This document shows positions 1 to 9,861 of a DNA stretch of 32,000 nt, piece after piece (positions within the stretch are counted from its first letter, which is position 1; each line of letters starts with the position of its first letter). A model generated the notes under the pieces. The model was given only the letters and a program-made list of their open reading frames with translations, made no database searches and was not told the origin of the DNA. The DNA comes from Nostoc punctiforme PCC 73102. Lineage in GTDB: Bacteria; Cyanobacteriota; Cyanobacteriia; Cyanobacteriales; Nostocaceae. The stretch covers positions 6,090,001 through 6,122,000 of the forward strand of contig NC_010628.1 of assembly GCF_000020025.1 (NCBI RefSeq), in the 5' to 3' direction. Both the position numbers and the translations under genes were made by a program.

Positions 1-168
<168 letters not shown>

Positions 169-228
169 AAAATCATTCGGTTTCGCGTTTCTGTGCAGTC
201 TTCAGGGTCTTCTGACCCAACAATCTTT

Positions 229-346
229 CCTGGTGTCTATTGCGCGGTGGAACCACACTGAACCCTTCCCGAACTCAGAGGTGAAACGCTGTTGCGGCAA
301 CGATAGTTTAGGGGTCGCCCTACGCAAAAATAGCTCGGTGCCAGGT
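229..346 (+). rRNA. rrf: 5S rRNA
   Basis: 118 nt, CCTGGTGTCTATTGCGCGGTGGAACCACACTGAACCCTTCCCGAACTCAGAGGTGAAACG...GGTGCCAGGT. This has the typical 5S helix I ends and the loop C motif CCGAAC, and sits directly after 23S. Confidence 0.9.
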
Positions 347-371
347 ATTATCTTTAACCACAACAACTAAA

Positions 372-415
372 GAAAAGCCTTTCTCAATTCATGTTGAGAA
401 GGCTTTTCTTTTTTC
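372..415 (+). terminator. Rho-independent terminator of the rrn operon
   Basis: GAAAAGCCTTTCTCAA-ttcatg-TTGAGAAGGCTTTTC forms a stem with one bulge and is followed by TTTTTT. Confidence 0.8.
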
Positions 416-522
416 AACAAGTTATAGCAACCGCCAAGGCAAGTAGAATGTTATGCGAAGAACATCTTCTATTACATCTCCAAGACATTAAAATTAAATT
501 AGTTGTCTACGAATTCCAATCT

Positions 523-935
523 TCAACCATGACCAACATCGCTCAATTTTGTGTTTTGGTCAGGTGAATAGGATAGCAAGTATTTTAAGTGACAGTCCGC
601 CGCTTCAATTAATTTTTGAATACGTCCACCTTGATGAAATATAGCATCATCTGTAACTACTATTTGTCCAGGTTTAAGCATCACGATAAAATAAGTTTCT
701 AGTAGCCAAGTTTTAAACACGTTTCACTTACCAATGTCCATCAATAGTAAACGGAAGTAAACAGAGCGAATAACTTCACATTACAACAAGCGGCAATCAT
801 ATTAACTAGCCCTTATCTCCTCGCACTTTTAACGCAAGTACTCAAAAGACAGAGCCACTACGAGGCACTGTTTCGTCGTCAGAATTATGCAAGCCAAGTA
901 TGGCATGTTGAGAATCAATCCCATCCTCAGATTCC
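523..935 (-). pseudogene. IS630/Tc1-mariner-family transposase relic (C-terminal DDE region only, broken by stops and frameshifts)
   Basis: ORF 523-720 reads ..LKPGQIVVTDDAIFHQGGRIQKLIEAADCHLKYLLSYSPDQNTKL. This is a degenerate version of the IS630 motif vvmDNAsfHk...ie..gc.l.yLPPYSPdLNPIE. Upstream pieces in other frames (..NMIAACCNVKLFALFTS..; ..SDDET..) resemble the preceding transposase segments. No HTH half is present. The left and right limits are approximate. Confidence 0.6.
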
Positions 936-956
936 TTAAGGTTTATCGCCCTTTCC

Positions 957-1727
957 CTATCCTCCTGTGCCCTTCTCGCCTTGTGGTACAGACATGATTT
1001 GCTTTTGCTGTTCTTGTAACCAAGTTTCAAAGAGTTCATTCAGTAGTCGCACTTTCATAAATTCATCCAGTTGCGCGGGGATAAATTTTTCCAGGCGCAA
1101 AATCACGAACCACTCGGCGATGCGGGTAGGGGGCAATATCTGGCCTGGTTGACTGCTAGATAGCATTTGCACCATTATCGGATGTAGTGCATTCAGTTCA
1201 ATCGGGCCTACTAAACCTCCAGTTTGAGCTTCTGGCCCGAGTGAATATTCACGCGCCAAGTCAGCAAAAGAGTTTTCTTTTGCCTGAATGCGGAAGTAAA
1301 GTTCTTGGGCAATTCCCACATCTTGGGTTCGCAGTAGGGAATAAATTACTTTGTCTAGTTTTGCTTTCGACTGAAAAAAGTAGGATTCCAGTTTATTACC
1401 CCAAGTGGCTTGCTTGAATTTTTCAATTTTAAGCTTACGAGTTGTAATAACTTCTATTTGTTCAATAGTCAGCCCTTGATGTGTCATCCAAGCCTGGATG
1501 TCTTCTTCATTTTTTAACTGTTTTTCAACGTAAAACTGCTGTTTGGCTTGGGCTATTTCCTCAGGAGTACACTCTATTGCTATCTTCTCGGAGCGGGAAT
1601 TTTGCTCTATGGCCTCATCGATGATCAATTCTCTCTGCAACTGTGGCAGCATTTGGTAATTTCCTAGCAAGGAAATCAACTCACGCGCTGTGATTGTACG
1701 ATTACCGATTTGGATCGCTTCAGTCAT
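957..1727 (-). CDS. Parvulin (PpiC)-type peptidyl-prolyl cis-trans isomerase with SurA-like N-terminal region
   Basis: 256-aa ORF. The C-terminal half, ..FADLAREYSLGPEAQTGGLVGPIELNALHPIMVQML..GQILPP..EWFVILRLE, matches the parvulin rotamase pattern. Confidence 0.8.
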   Translation of the reverse strand: MTEAIQIGNRTITARELISLLGNYQMLPQLQRELIIDEAIEQNSRSEKIAIECTPEEIAQAKQQFYVEKQLKNEEDIQAWMTHQGLTIEQIEVITTRKLKIEKFKQATWGNKLESYFFQSKAKLDKVIYSLLRTQDVGIAQELYFRIQAKENSFADLAREYSLGPEAQTGGLVGPIELNALHPIMVQMLSSSQPGQILPPTRIAEWFVILRLEKFIPAQLDEFMKVRLLNELFETWLQEQQKQIMSVPQGEKGTGG

Positions 1728-2260
1728 TAGCTTTCGGGCATCTCAATAATAAATATCTAGTTTGTTAAAGAAGCTAAACCTTAGCCCATTCACTGGGAGC
1801 TTTTGTCTTAATTTTACCGAGTTAGGTACACTTACCTCGCTTTCTCAATAATTACACACTTTAAAATATACAGGTCATATATGTTTGTATAAAAATTTTA
1901 CGTAAAAACGGGCATATATGAAGAAAAGATTAAAAGGGATAATCCCTCTTTCATGAAAGTGGGTTAAAACCTGATAGCGGTTCTCGACATGGTGAGATAC
2001 GTTTTCTAAGCTACTAAAGCTTGGTAAAAAAGATTTGGGTGTACCTCAGTTGCTTAGAAAACGCTATACTTCATTGGCTGTAACGTCGAAAACTCGTTAA
2101 TTTATCCGAGATTGACAAAATAGGGTTATTCCTCTTTTGCTCCCAGCCAGAAGACAGGTAAAATCTGCTAGGTGCAGGCAACCATAAATCTAGCTATTGC
2201 TAGATGCTGTAATTCTCTTAAACGCTATAATTTACATCTGTTGCACCAAGAGATTAACTT

Positions 2261-3595
2261 GTGGATGTCATATTAGAACGATCGCACGAATTAAAACAAG
2301 CCTTAGTTGATTTTGTCCTTGATGCTGAAGGCGAACTGGCACAAGCACTGGAAACTTATGCAGCAGAACAGTTACGCCGTGGGAGTGGGGATAGTACACA
2401 GCAGGACTTAATCATTGATAGCTTTATAACAGCAGGGAAAGTCGGTGATAAGTCTCCATTAGAGTTGTTTATCGAAAGCCATCCAGATTTAGAAGAGAGC
2501 GATCGCAATTTGATCAAAAGCTGGCATCATAGTTTTATTGGTTTATTTGCCATTACTAACATCCTACCTGATGACTTTGAATTGACTAACTGGTTAACAG
2601 ATAAATGCTACGTCGTCAAGCCTAATAATACCCAAACATTACAGGCAATATCCCGGTTGAAAATAGGAGAAATTTTACTAACTCGTATTTCTCCTGTTAC
2701 CGACAGCTACTGGATGTTTTCTGGCCCCTACACAATAATGGGTAAATTAGGGAAACCAAAACTTGCTGTAGCCATTGGCAATTTCAAAGAAAACTATAAA
2801 AGTAATCTTTACAGCGATGCTCCAGACTTGCTAGAAGAAGCTTGGCAGTCAGTAGAACAATATCATCAGCAGTTTGTGGACTTTTTTGGCACTGATGAAA
2901 TCACTCTACCTGGATACCAACTTAATAAAAAGATAGGGGAATTTCAAGAAGTAATTACTGAAAAAAACTTCGCAGCCGCAGGAATTGATACTTCCAAATC
3001 ATTGGCGGAAGTGGCAGAAGCCGCTGGTATTGGAGACGAGGAAATCAAAGCAGCAGCACAAGAGTTTGGCGCTGATTCTAACGCAGTCTCTCAGTTGTTA
3101 AATAGCAAAGGCGGCAATAGCAAAATGGTTATGCCAAAGGTTGATTTACCTGCCGAACTCAAGAAAGCAGAGCAGGTAACGGCTCTTTCTCATCCCCGTT
3201 GGGGACAAATGTTTTTACCAACATATAGTAAGGTACAAGCAATCTTATCAGCAGAAGACTGGCAAAGTTTTCAAGGGGCGGAAAAACTAGTTCGCTACTA
3301 TCTCGAAGATAAAAGTATTAATGCCTTTATTTGGCATCGATTAGCGCAACAATATCCAACTCAATTAGAAAATGTGTTGCAAATAATTCTGCAACGTCCA
3401 AAGTTTCACCTTGAGAGCGACTTGGATGTGCTTTTGCAAGAATTCCACAAACCGATTGAGCCAGAGTTACCAGATATTGCTAGTGTACCCATACATTTGC
3501 ATAACTTATTTCAGGAAGCTTTAGGAGAAGTTAACAAATCTAAACCAAAGGGTAAAGGACAAGCAAAGCCAGCAAAGGGTTTTCAACGAGGTTAG
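2261..3595 (+). CDS. Hypothetical protein (444 aa; GTG start as given by the ORF track)
   Basis: Long uninterrupted ORF with ordinary composition and a Lys/Gly-rich basic tail. I recognise no family. Confidence 0.65.
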   Translation: MDVILERSHELKQALVDFVLDAEGELAQALETYAAEQLRRGSGDSTQQDLIIDSFITAGKVGDKSPLELFIESHPDLEESDRNLIKSWHHSFIGLFAITNILPDDFELTNWLTDKCYVVKPNNTQTLQAISRLKIGEILLTRISPVTDSYWMFSGPYTIMGKLGKPKLAVAIGNFKENYKSNLYSDAPDLLEEAWQSVEQYHQQFVDFFGTDEITLPGYQLNKKIGEFQEVITEKNFAAAGIDTSKSLAEVAEAAGIGDEEIKAAAQEFGADSNAVSQLLNSKGGNSKMVMPKVDLPAELKKAEQVTALSHPRWGQMFLPTYSKVQAILSAEDWQSFQGAEKLVRYYLEDKSINAFIWHRLAQQYPTQLENVLQIILQRPKFHLESDLDVLLQEFHKPIEPELPDIASVPIHLHNLFQEALGEVNKSKPKGKGQAKPAKGFQRG

Positions 3596-4251
3596 TAACT
3601 CACCGTTGGCGTAATAGCATTCATGCTCGAAACCAGATAACCCTTCGATTCGGTGTTAGCGCAGAGTTTCTGTAGCTTCTTGTAAAAATTTTTTTGATGA
3701 AATTTGGGAATGCCATAGCGATCGCCTGTTTGTGGAAAGCGTGTTTCTTTACATATCGCCTTATTTCATCAAATTAATTCTCTATTAGGCAAACGGTACA
3801 CAAAAAACCCCGACTTGATAGCCAAGGTAGATGGGAGAAGTCCAAATGTCGATGAGATATAGCGATACCGAAATCTGTTTTTATTAGCTAACACCAGTTA
3901 GGTAGTTAAGTTTAGTTCTTGCTAAGTTATGTAAACAAATTTAACAGAAATATTACAAATAGTCAACTAGGCTTGACAAAAAATTCTGATAACTATTACA
4001 AGAACTACTTATCAGTCAGAGTATAGGATTTTTTTAGAGATGCGGTAAACGAAATAGGAAAAATAAAACGGGTTACTGGCTAAGAAAGTGGGATGAAAAT
4101 GAGAACCGATCTGCTTTAGAGTGTAGAAAACTGAGGGATTAGCTGCATCAATCAAGGTAGTCGGAATTAAGCCAGAGATTTGAGAAGCTAGCTACTAGAT
4201 CGCTAAAGTCTTTACAATTCCTTTGTTAGCTCAAAAATTATTTCTCGACCT

Positions 4252-5088
4252 ATGACAAATCAAGCTCCTATCCCGGTTATTGTCAACGGTGCTGCTGGTA
4301 AAATGGGCCGTGAGGTGATTAAGGCAGTGGCGCAAGCCCCTGACTTAAACCTAGTGGGTGCAATTGACCACAGTTTAGAACATCAAGATAAAGACGCTGG
4401 AGAATTAGCGGGTTTAAGCGAACCCCTGGAAGTGCCAATTACCAATCAATTGGAACCGATGTTAGGGTATGTAGCTGGCGACAGACAGTCTCCTCCAGGG
4501 GTAATTGTAGACTTTACTCATCCTGATTCAGTTTATGACAATATTCGTAGTGCGATCGCCTACGGTATTCGTCCTGTAGTTGGAACCACTGGGTTAAGTC
4601 CAGAACAAATTCAAGACTTGGCAGACTTTGCCGACAAAGCTAGCACTGGTTGTCTAATTATTCCTAATTTTTCCATTGGTATGGTGCTGTTACAACAAGC
4701 CGCGATCGCAGCCTCAAAATATTTTGATCATGTGGAAATTATTGAACTGCATCACAACCAAAAAGCTGATGCTCCCAGTGGTACTGCCATTCAAACGGCG
4801 CAGTTACTAGGAGAATTGGGTAAAACTTTTAACCCTGCTCTTGTAGAAGAGACAGAGAAATTACCAGGAGCGAGGGGTAGCATAGCAGATGAAGGGATTA
4901 GAATTCATAGCGTGCGCTTGCCAGGACTGATTGCTCATCAAGAAGTTATTTTTGGCGCAGCAGGACAAATTTATACTTTACGACATGACACGAGCGATCG
5001 CGCTTGCTATATGCCAGGAGTGCTACTAGCGATTCGCAAAGTCTTAGCGCTAAAGTCGTTAGTATATGGATTAGAAAAGATACTTTAG
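4252..5088 (+). CDS. dapB: 4-hydroxy-tetrahydrodipicolinate reductase
   Basis: N-terminal Rossmann motif [12 protein letters not shown] and the DapB signature E(I)[16 protein letters not shown]. Confidence 0.95.
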   Translation: MTNQAPIPVIVNGAAGKMGREVIKAVAQAPDLNLVGAIDHSLEHQDKDAGELAGLSEPLEVPITNQLEPMLGYVAGDRQSPPGVIVDFTHPDSVYDNIRSAIAYGIRPVVGTTGLSPEQIQDLADFADKASTGCLIIPNFSIGMVLLQQAAIAASKYFDHVEIIELHHNQKADAPSGTAIQTAQLLGELGKTFNPALVEETEKLPGARGSIADEGIRIHSVRLPGLIAHQEVIFGAAGQIYTLRHDTSDRACYMPGVLLAIRKVLALKSLVYGLEKIL

Positions 5089-5127
5089 ACTTTAAATACA
5101 CTATTCAGCACTCATCACTCAGCACTC

Positions 5128-5814
5128 ATGTTAGTACCACTGACTCGCCAGAAATTGGAACAAGTTATCCCCCTAATTGCCACTGGTTTGCAGTACAAGT
5201 ACTATTGGGGGAAGTTTTCAAATTTTTTGCAACGGCTGTTAATTTCTGTAGTTGCCATAGTTGTTCTATTGCTTGTGACAGTCATTTTTAAACTTGAGTT
5301 TGCTTCAATAGTATTTGTGCTGGGGGTAGTTAGCGCTTTTTTTTGGCTGTGGTATCCAGTGTTTCAAGCAAGTATGCGGAATTTGCAATGCCGCCGTTAT
5401 AAGTATGGCGGCTTTTTCCGTGGTCGAGTCCTAGATTGGTGGATCACAGACCAGTTGATGGGGAAACAAGAAACAGTCAACAGCAAAGGCGAACTGGTAA
5501 TTGTGGAAAACCGAGAAAAACAAATTAACTTAGAGGTGGGTGATGAAACAGGATTTACCATTGAGTTTGTAGCACCATTACGTCCTGCTCACAAAGTTAT
5601 TACTCGCGGTCAAATTGCCGAAATGGTAGTGCTGTCAAATCGTGCAGATTTAAGCAGTATTGAACAATTTAGCGATATATACATTCCCAGTCGTGACCTG
5701 TGGATTAGTGATTATCCTTATCTGCGGCGGGATTTCTTTAACGAAGTCGGTCGTCGCTTGCGTGAAGACCAACAACAAAAACCGCGTCGTCGCCGTCGTA
5801 GAGACGAGGATTGA
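5128..5814 (+). CDS. Hypothetical membrane protein with a poly-Arg/acidic C-terminal tail
   Basis: 228-aa ORF with two hydrophobic segments (LLISVVAIVVLLLVTVIF, IVFVLGVVSAFFWLWYPVF). The tail reads QQQKPRRRRRRDED. Confidence 0.7.
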   Translation: MLVPLTRQKLEQVIPLIATGLQYKYYWGKFSNFLQRLLISVVAIVVLLLVTVIFKLEFASIVFVLGVVSAFFWLWYPVFQASMRNLQCRRYKYGGFFRGRVLDWWITDQLMGKQETVNSKGELVIVENREKQINLEVGDETGFTIEFVAPLRPAHKVITRGQIAEMVVLSNRADLSSIEQFSDIYIPSRDLWISDYPYLRRDFFNEVGRRLREDQQQKPRRRRRRDED

Positions 5815-5990
5815 AAAAGAAGTCAAACAATTTTGGTTTTAGATTGACCCCATACCGTTGATGTGAAGGCTTGAATAAATAATTTTTAAATTTATTCTCG
5901 CGTTTAAATTCGGGGCCTTTAAACCTTTTTGAATTTTAAATCTTTCAATCGAAAATTTACTGAAGGAGGTGGGATGATTTAATCAGTTTG

Positions 5991-7409
5991 CTAACGAGAG
6001 CATCCCACTTTGATGATTTTCCCTTTTAAACGATAGGTAACAGATCCACAAGCAAAACCTTCTAGCAAATCAGGCTCTGCATAAGTTTGCATAGGCGGAT
6101 TTTGTTTATCTAGCCGCCGTTTCCAATTGCCAGATATTTTTTCTAGAGTGGGATACTTTTTTAAAAACCGTGAGTCTGCAACAATATCGTGAGTTCCCTT
6201 AATACTTACCTTCGAACTATTAAGGTATATATTATAACCGTAAATAACGTTTTTATTTTTATTACTACTATTAACAGGTTTGCCAGGATAAGCATAAAGA
6301 ATGTTCCTTAAAATCCTGACATCAGATGATACATTAGCAAATATTTGCCCATCTTTAATTTCGGGACTTTGATTATTTAAAACAGCAGTATTATTTACAA
6401 TATCAACACGATCGCTTAAAAATGTATGAATACCTGAACCACCATTATTAAATGTAAGATTGTTTTTAACTAAAGTGCGTCCTTTATATGCACCCAACTT
6501 TGAGTTATTTTGATTATTTCTTGATGTATCGATAATAATGCCATTACCATCTGTAATCTTTCCGACTGCAATCCAAGGGATGAACATGCGATTGTTATAG
6601 GTCTTGTTGTTGGTTACAAACATCTTGTATCCCCGATTGTTGTCAAAATTCCAATTGCTCAACATGGAAATACCACTGCAACCATAAACACTGTACCAAG
6701 CATTATCGAACACCACGTTATTATCTATCGTCACGTAGTCCGATTCAATCGCTGCAATGCCTACTCCTCCACACTTATGTACCTTGTTGTTGACAATACG
6801 TATATGGTGAGTATGACCACTTTTCCGTCCATCTACGTTGATGCAGTTTCCATTCGTCAGAGGGTTTAGTTTGTTAGTTTTCTGACTCATTGCATAATCT
6901 AGGGTTACATTGTCATTGTTCCCTATGACTTCAAGCCCATTTATTTCAATATATGACGCTCCACTGTGAATCAAAATTCCATTCCATCCATTGTGCTTAA
7001 TTTTCGGACGATGCCCAGGATATGCCTTAAACTTAATCCATGCGTTTGCTTTTCCAGAGCGAGTAATAGATACTACCTGCCCATTTGGGCTTGAATTCCT
7101 GTACACTCCGTTCATAATCAGTACGGTGTCCCCAGGATTGGTCAGATTTGCTGCCTTTTGAATTGTCCTAAAGGGAGATGAATTAGAGAGTCCGCTATTT
7201 GTGTCGTTTCCAGTACCACTAACGTAGTATGTTTTCGGTGTCGTCTTAGTGCTGATTAGCTGGCGACTGGATAAGATAATTTCCTTGTTAGTAGATACTT
7301 GATGGACGTTTTCAACTAAAGATACTTTTATATTTTCTCCCTTAGCCAAAAGACTCAATACTAAGGGAATTGCAAAGTATGCACTTAAGTTGAAACCTGT
7401 AATTACCAC
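5991..7409 (-). CDS. Right-handed parallel beta-helix repeat protein (pectate-lyase-fold, probably exported)
   Basis: 472 aa. It has an N-terminal hydrophobic segment, then YYVSGTGNDTNSGLSNSSPFRTIQKAANLTNPGDTVLI, typical of DUF1565/pectin-lyase-fold proteins. Repeated N-N-x-[VI] rungs follow (IVNNKV, IDNNVV, VTNNKT, VKNNLT, IVNNTA). Confidence 0.8.
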   Translation of the reverse strand: MVITGFNLSAYFAIPLVLSLLAKGENIKVSLVENVHQVSTNKEIILSSRQLISTKTTPKTYYVSGTGNDTNSGLSNSSPFRTIQKAANLTNPGDTVLIMNGVYRNSSPNGQVVSITRSGKANAWIKFKAYPGHRPKIKHNGWNGILIHSGASYIEINGLEVIGNNDNVTLDYAMSQKTNKLNPLTNGNCINVDGRKSGHTHHIRIVNNKVHKCGGVGIAAIESDYVTIDNNVVFDNAWYSVYGCSGISMLSNWNFDNNRGYKMFVTNNKTYNNRMFIPWIAVGKITDGNGIIIDTSRNNQNNSKLGAYKGRTLVKNNLTFNNGGSGIHTFLSDRVDIVNNTAVLNNQSPEIKDGQIFANVSSDVRILRNILYAYPGKPVNSSNKNKNVIYGYNIYLNSSKVSIKGTHDIVADSRFLKKYPTLEKISGNWKRRLDKQNPPMQTYAEPDLLEGFACGSVTYRLKGKIIKVGCSR

Positions 7410-7509
7410 AAGAAACGGCTCCTTGTTCGGGACTACCTAACAAAAATATCAGAATATTCAGTGGTTTTGAATGCTCTTTTGAATACAAAATATAATAGAG
7501 TCGACTTTC

Positions 7510-8139
7510 CTAGCTCCCCCGATTTCCATCTTGTCCATAAGCTTGCCAAGCCAAGTCTACCAATCCATCAACGATCGCAGCTGCTACAACTGCATTACCT
7601 TTGCGACTCTCAATTGTAATATGGGGCACTAAGGAGTCTTGTAAACGCCCTTTCGCTTCATCAACATTGACAAATCCTACTGGAGTTGCAATTATCAAAG
7701 CAGGTCTAATTTCCTCAGCCTCAATTAAATCAACTAGTGCTGTTAGTGCTGTTTGTGCTTGACCAATCACAAAAATGCCCTCTGGATAACGCTTTGCTAA
7801 GGTTTCGATTCCCCATGCTGTCCGAGTTTTTTCTTTTTGAGGGCGTGTCAGAGCTTCCATGCTGCAATACACCGGATTAGCAAAGGTGTTTTGAATCTCA
7901 GATGCAATACCTACTTGCACCATCGGGACATCTACCACAATCGTGGTACGCGCGGCTAGTGCTGCTGCTCCTGCTTGTAAGGCACGCTCAGAGAAACGAA
8001 TCAAAGACTTATACTCAAAGTCAGCTGTAGAGTATATTACCCGCCGCACAATCTCATATTCTGCGGGTGAAAAGACATGATTTTCAATTTCATTATCAAT
8101 GATTGCTAAACTTTGAGCATCAGTTACGTGCCATTCCAT
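7510..8139 (-). CDS. cobH: Precorrin-8X methylmutase (CobH/CbiC)
   Basis: 209 aa, with ..FSPAEYEIVRRVIYSTADFEY.., ..TPVGFVNVDEAK.. and ..GNAVVAAAIVDGL. These match the CobH/CbiC family layout. Confidence 0.85.
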   Translation of the reverse strand: MEWHVTDAQSLAIIDNEIENHVFSPAEYEIVRRVIYSTADFEYKSLIRFSERALQAGAAALAARTTIVVDVPMVQVGIASEIQNTFANPVYCSMEALTRPQKEKTRTAWGIETLAKRYPEGIFVIGQAQTALTALVDLIEAEEIRPALIIATPVGFVNVDEAKGRLQDSLVPHITIESRKGNAVVAAAIVDGLVDLAWQAYGQDGNRGS

Positions 8140-8243
8140 TTTTCTTGAGCTTCTTAAATATTAGCTTTCAGCTTATCAGCTTCAGGGATTTAGAAGTTAG
8201 GAGTTAGGAGTTAATTAAAAACTCATAACTCCTAACTCAGCAC

Positions 8244-9092
8244 TTATAACTCATTACTAGAAGAAGGTCGGCTGAAAACAGGAGATAAGTAGGCAACCAA
8301 GACACCGATAATGAAGCCAGAGATATTGCGAACTAGAGGTAGCCAGTCGCTTGTACGTGTCACCACTGGCCCAATACCAAAGGCAATAAATAAGATCCCC
8401 CATAAAGGTGAGAAAATTAAAGCCCATTGCCAAGCAAAAACTTGTCCTTTCTCGCGGGGTTGAGCTGCAAATCCACAAATTATCCCACCAATAACTGAGG
8501 TAATCAAGGTGAGAATCCATTGCTCTCGTGGTAGTCCAGGAACAACATTGCAACCACCTTTGAGCAAACAGCCTTTAACAGATTCTAAAGCTTGCAGAAT
8601 GGCTTGGTCTTCGCCTTGTTCGCGCACAAAGTACAAATTACCGAAGCGAGTTTGCAGTTCTATCCAGAATGTTCTGGGTAAAAGTTCATAAACAGCATCG
8701 CCGACGCTAAAACTGAGGATGTTACCGCCACGAGAATCGGCAACTAGTAAAATGCTTTTGTCATCCAAACCCCAATATTTTATAACTGCCCGGCCTGGGG
8801 TGCGGTCATACTGGGTCAATACTCTCAGTTTCCAGCCTGTATCGGCTTCAAACTGTTCTAAATCTTTGACAAGCTTTTCTTCTTGCAGCACAGGTAGAGA
8901 TTTAGCTAAGTCTACAACTGGGGTAAAGGTGTCAGGGAGTAACTCAGGGTTGTCATAAGCCAGTGCTGGGGGAGAATTCATGACCCAAATTGACCCAGCC
9001 AGAAAAAAGACTGCAATAGATAGCAGAATTCGTCGCCAAAAACAAGATTGCATGGACGTTTTTATACAAATATCAACGGTGGAAGTGAACAA
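8244..9092 (-). CDS. TPM-domain protein with C-terminal transmembrane segments
   Basis: A signal-like segment ends in PPALA. It is followed by a TPM-type domain (VVDLAKSLPVLQEEKLVKDLEQFEADTGWKLRVLT) and three hydrophobic helices. The start may instead be the internal Met at 9053 (MQSCFWRR..). Confidence 0.75.
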   Translation of the reverse strand: MFTSTVDICIKTSMQSCFWRRILLSIAVFFLAGSIWVMNSPPALAYDNPELLPDTFTPVVDLAKSLPVLQEEKLVKDLEQFEADTGWKLRVLTQYDRTPGRAVIKYWGLDDKSILLVADSRGGNILSFSVGDAVYELLPRTFWIELQTRFGNLYFVREQGEDQAILQALESVKGCLLKGGCNVVPGLPREQWILTLITSVIGGIICGFAAQPREKGQVFAWQWALIFSPLWGILFIAFGIGPVVTRTSDWLPLVRNISGFIIGVLVAYLSPVFSRPSSSNEL

Positions 9093-9310
9093 GTTGTTTT
9101 AAAAGAGTACGGGAAAAATGATAGTTCTTTACACTTGTTTACTTTACTCTAATCTAAGGGATCAAAGCAAAGCGTTTTTGGGAATAGGGCATTGGGCAGA
9201 AGGGCAGGGAGGAAAGAGATAATTTTTATTCTCCCCCTTGTCCCTTGCCCTCTGCTTTGCTGCTTCTTTCCTTAGCCCCTAGTCCCTAGTTGCCATAACC
9301 TATCCCCAAT

Positions 9311-9850
9311 TCAATCTTCATCATCGAAATTGCTTTCCCAGTTAGCAGCGTCGTCGTAACCTTCGTTAGCGCGGTATATTTCTGTTTTGATCCGGCGATT
9401 TTCTTGCCTTAGCACTTCTCGTTCTCGCAACGTTAGTGGTGGTTGTTCATTGCTTGGCAAGCGATCGCTATTTCGTCTCGTCGGTTTTGGGCGTGTGAAG
9501 TTTCTCCAAGCAGCTTTCGCGCCAACAAAGATGCTGCGTGTACTTACTTGCAGATTTTGAGCCTGAATTCTTGCACTATCGAGAGTTTGATCGACTTGTT
9601 TGGCTACTTGACTGGCACTTTTGACACCTTGACTAACATCATCAGTTAAATCAGTTAGTTCCAAACCAGTCACGCGAATAGCTTCTAAAGTGGGCGGTAA
9701 CTCTCGTGAGAGTGTATCAAATAGCTTTTCTGCACTGCGAGCAGCGCGTGATAACTCTTGCAAAGCGGGTATTGCCGCCACTAAAACCGCAGTCAAGCTT
9801 GTGGCGACTAGAAGTAAGGAGAGTCCCAACCAAAACAGGGGATCAATCAC
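9311..9850 (-). CDS. DUF948-like membrane-anchored protein
   Basis: 179 aa, with an N-terminal TM (FWLGLSLLLVATSLTAVLVAAIPAL) followed by a helical region. It lies 11 bp downstream of the YtxH gene on the same strand. Confidence 0.65.
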   Translation of the reverse strand: MIDPLFWLGLSLLLVATSLTAVLVAAIPALQELSRAARSAEKLFDTLSRELPPTLEAIRVTGLELTDLTDDVSQGVKSASQVAKQVDQTLDSARIQAQNLQVSTRSIFVGAKAAWRNFTRPKPTRRNSDRLPSNEQPPLTLREREVLRQENRRIKTEIYRANEGYDDAANWESNFDDED

Positions 9851-9861
9851 GGTAATGTCAT

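Noticed and set aside
842-1417. ORFs at 842-1039 (-), 967-1152 (+) and 1187-1417 (+)
   Set aside because: They overlap the parvulin PPIase gene. The non-overlapping part of 842-1039 is better explained as part of the IS630 relic.
3596-4251. Lysine or other riboswitch upstream of dapB
   Set aside because: I could not find any conserved riboswitch core sequence or structure by eye. The spacer is kept only as an unexplained ORF-free region.
5004-5842. ORFs at 5004-5291 (+) and 5660-5842 (+)
   Set aside because: These are out-of-frame overlaps with dapB and the 228-aa membrane protein gene, and they are implausible peptides.
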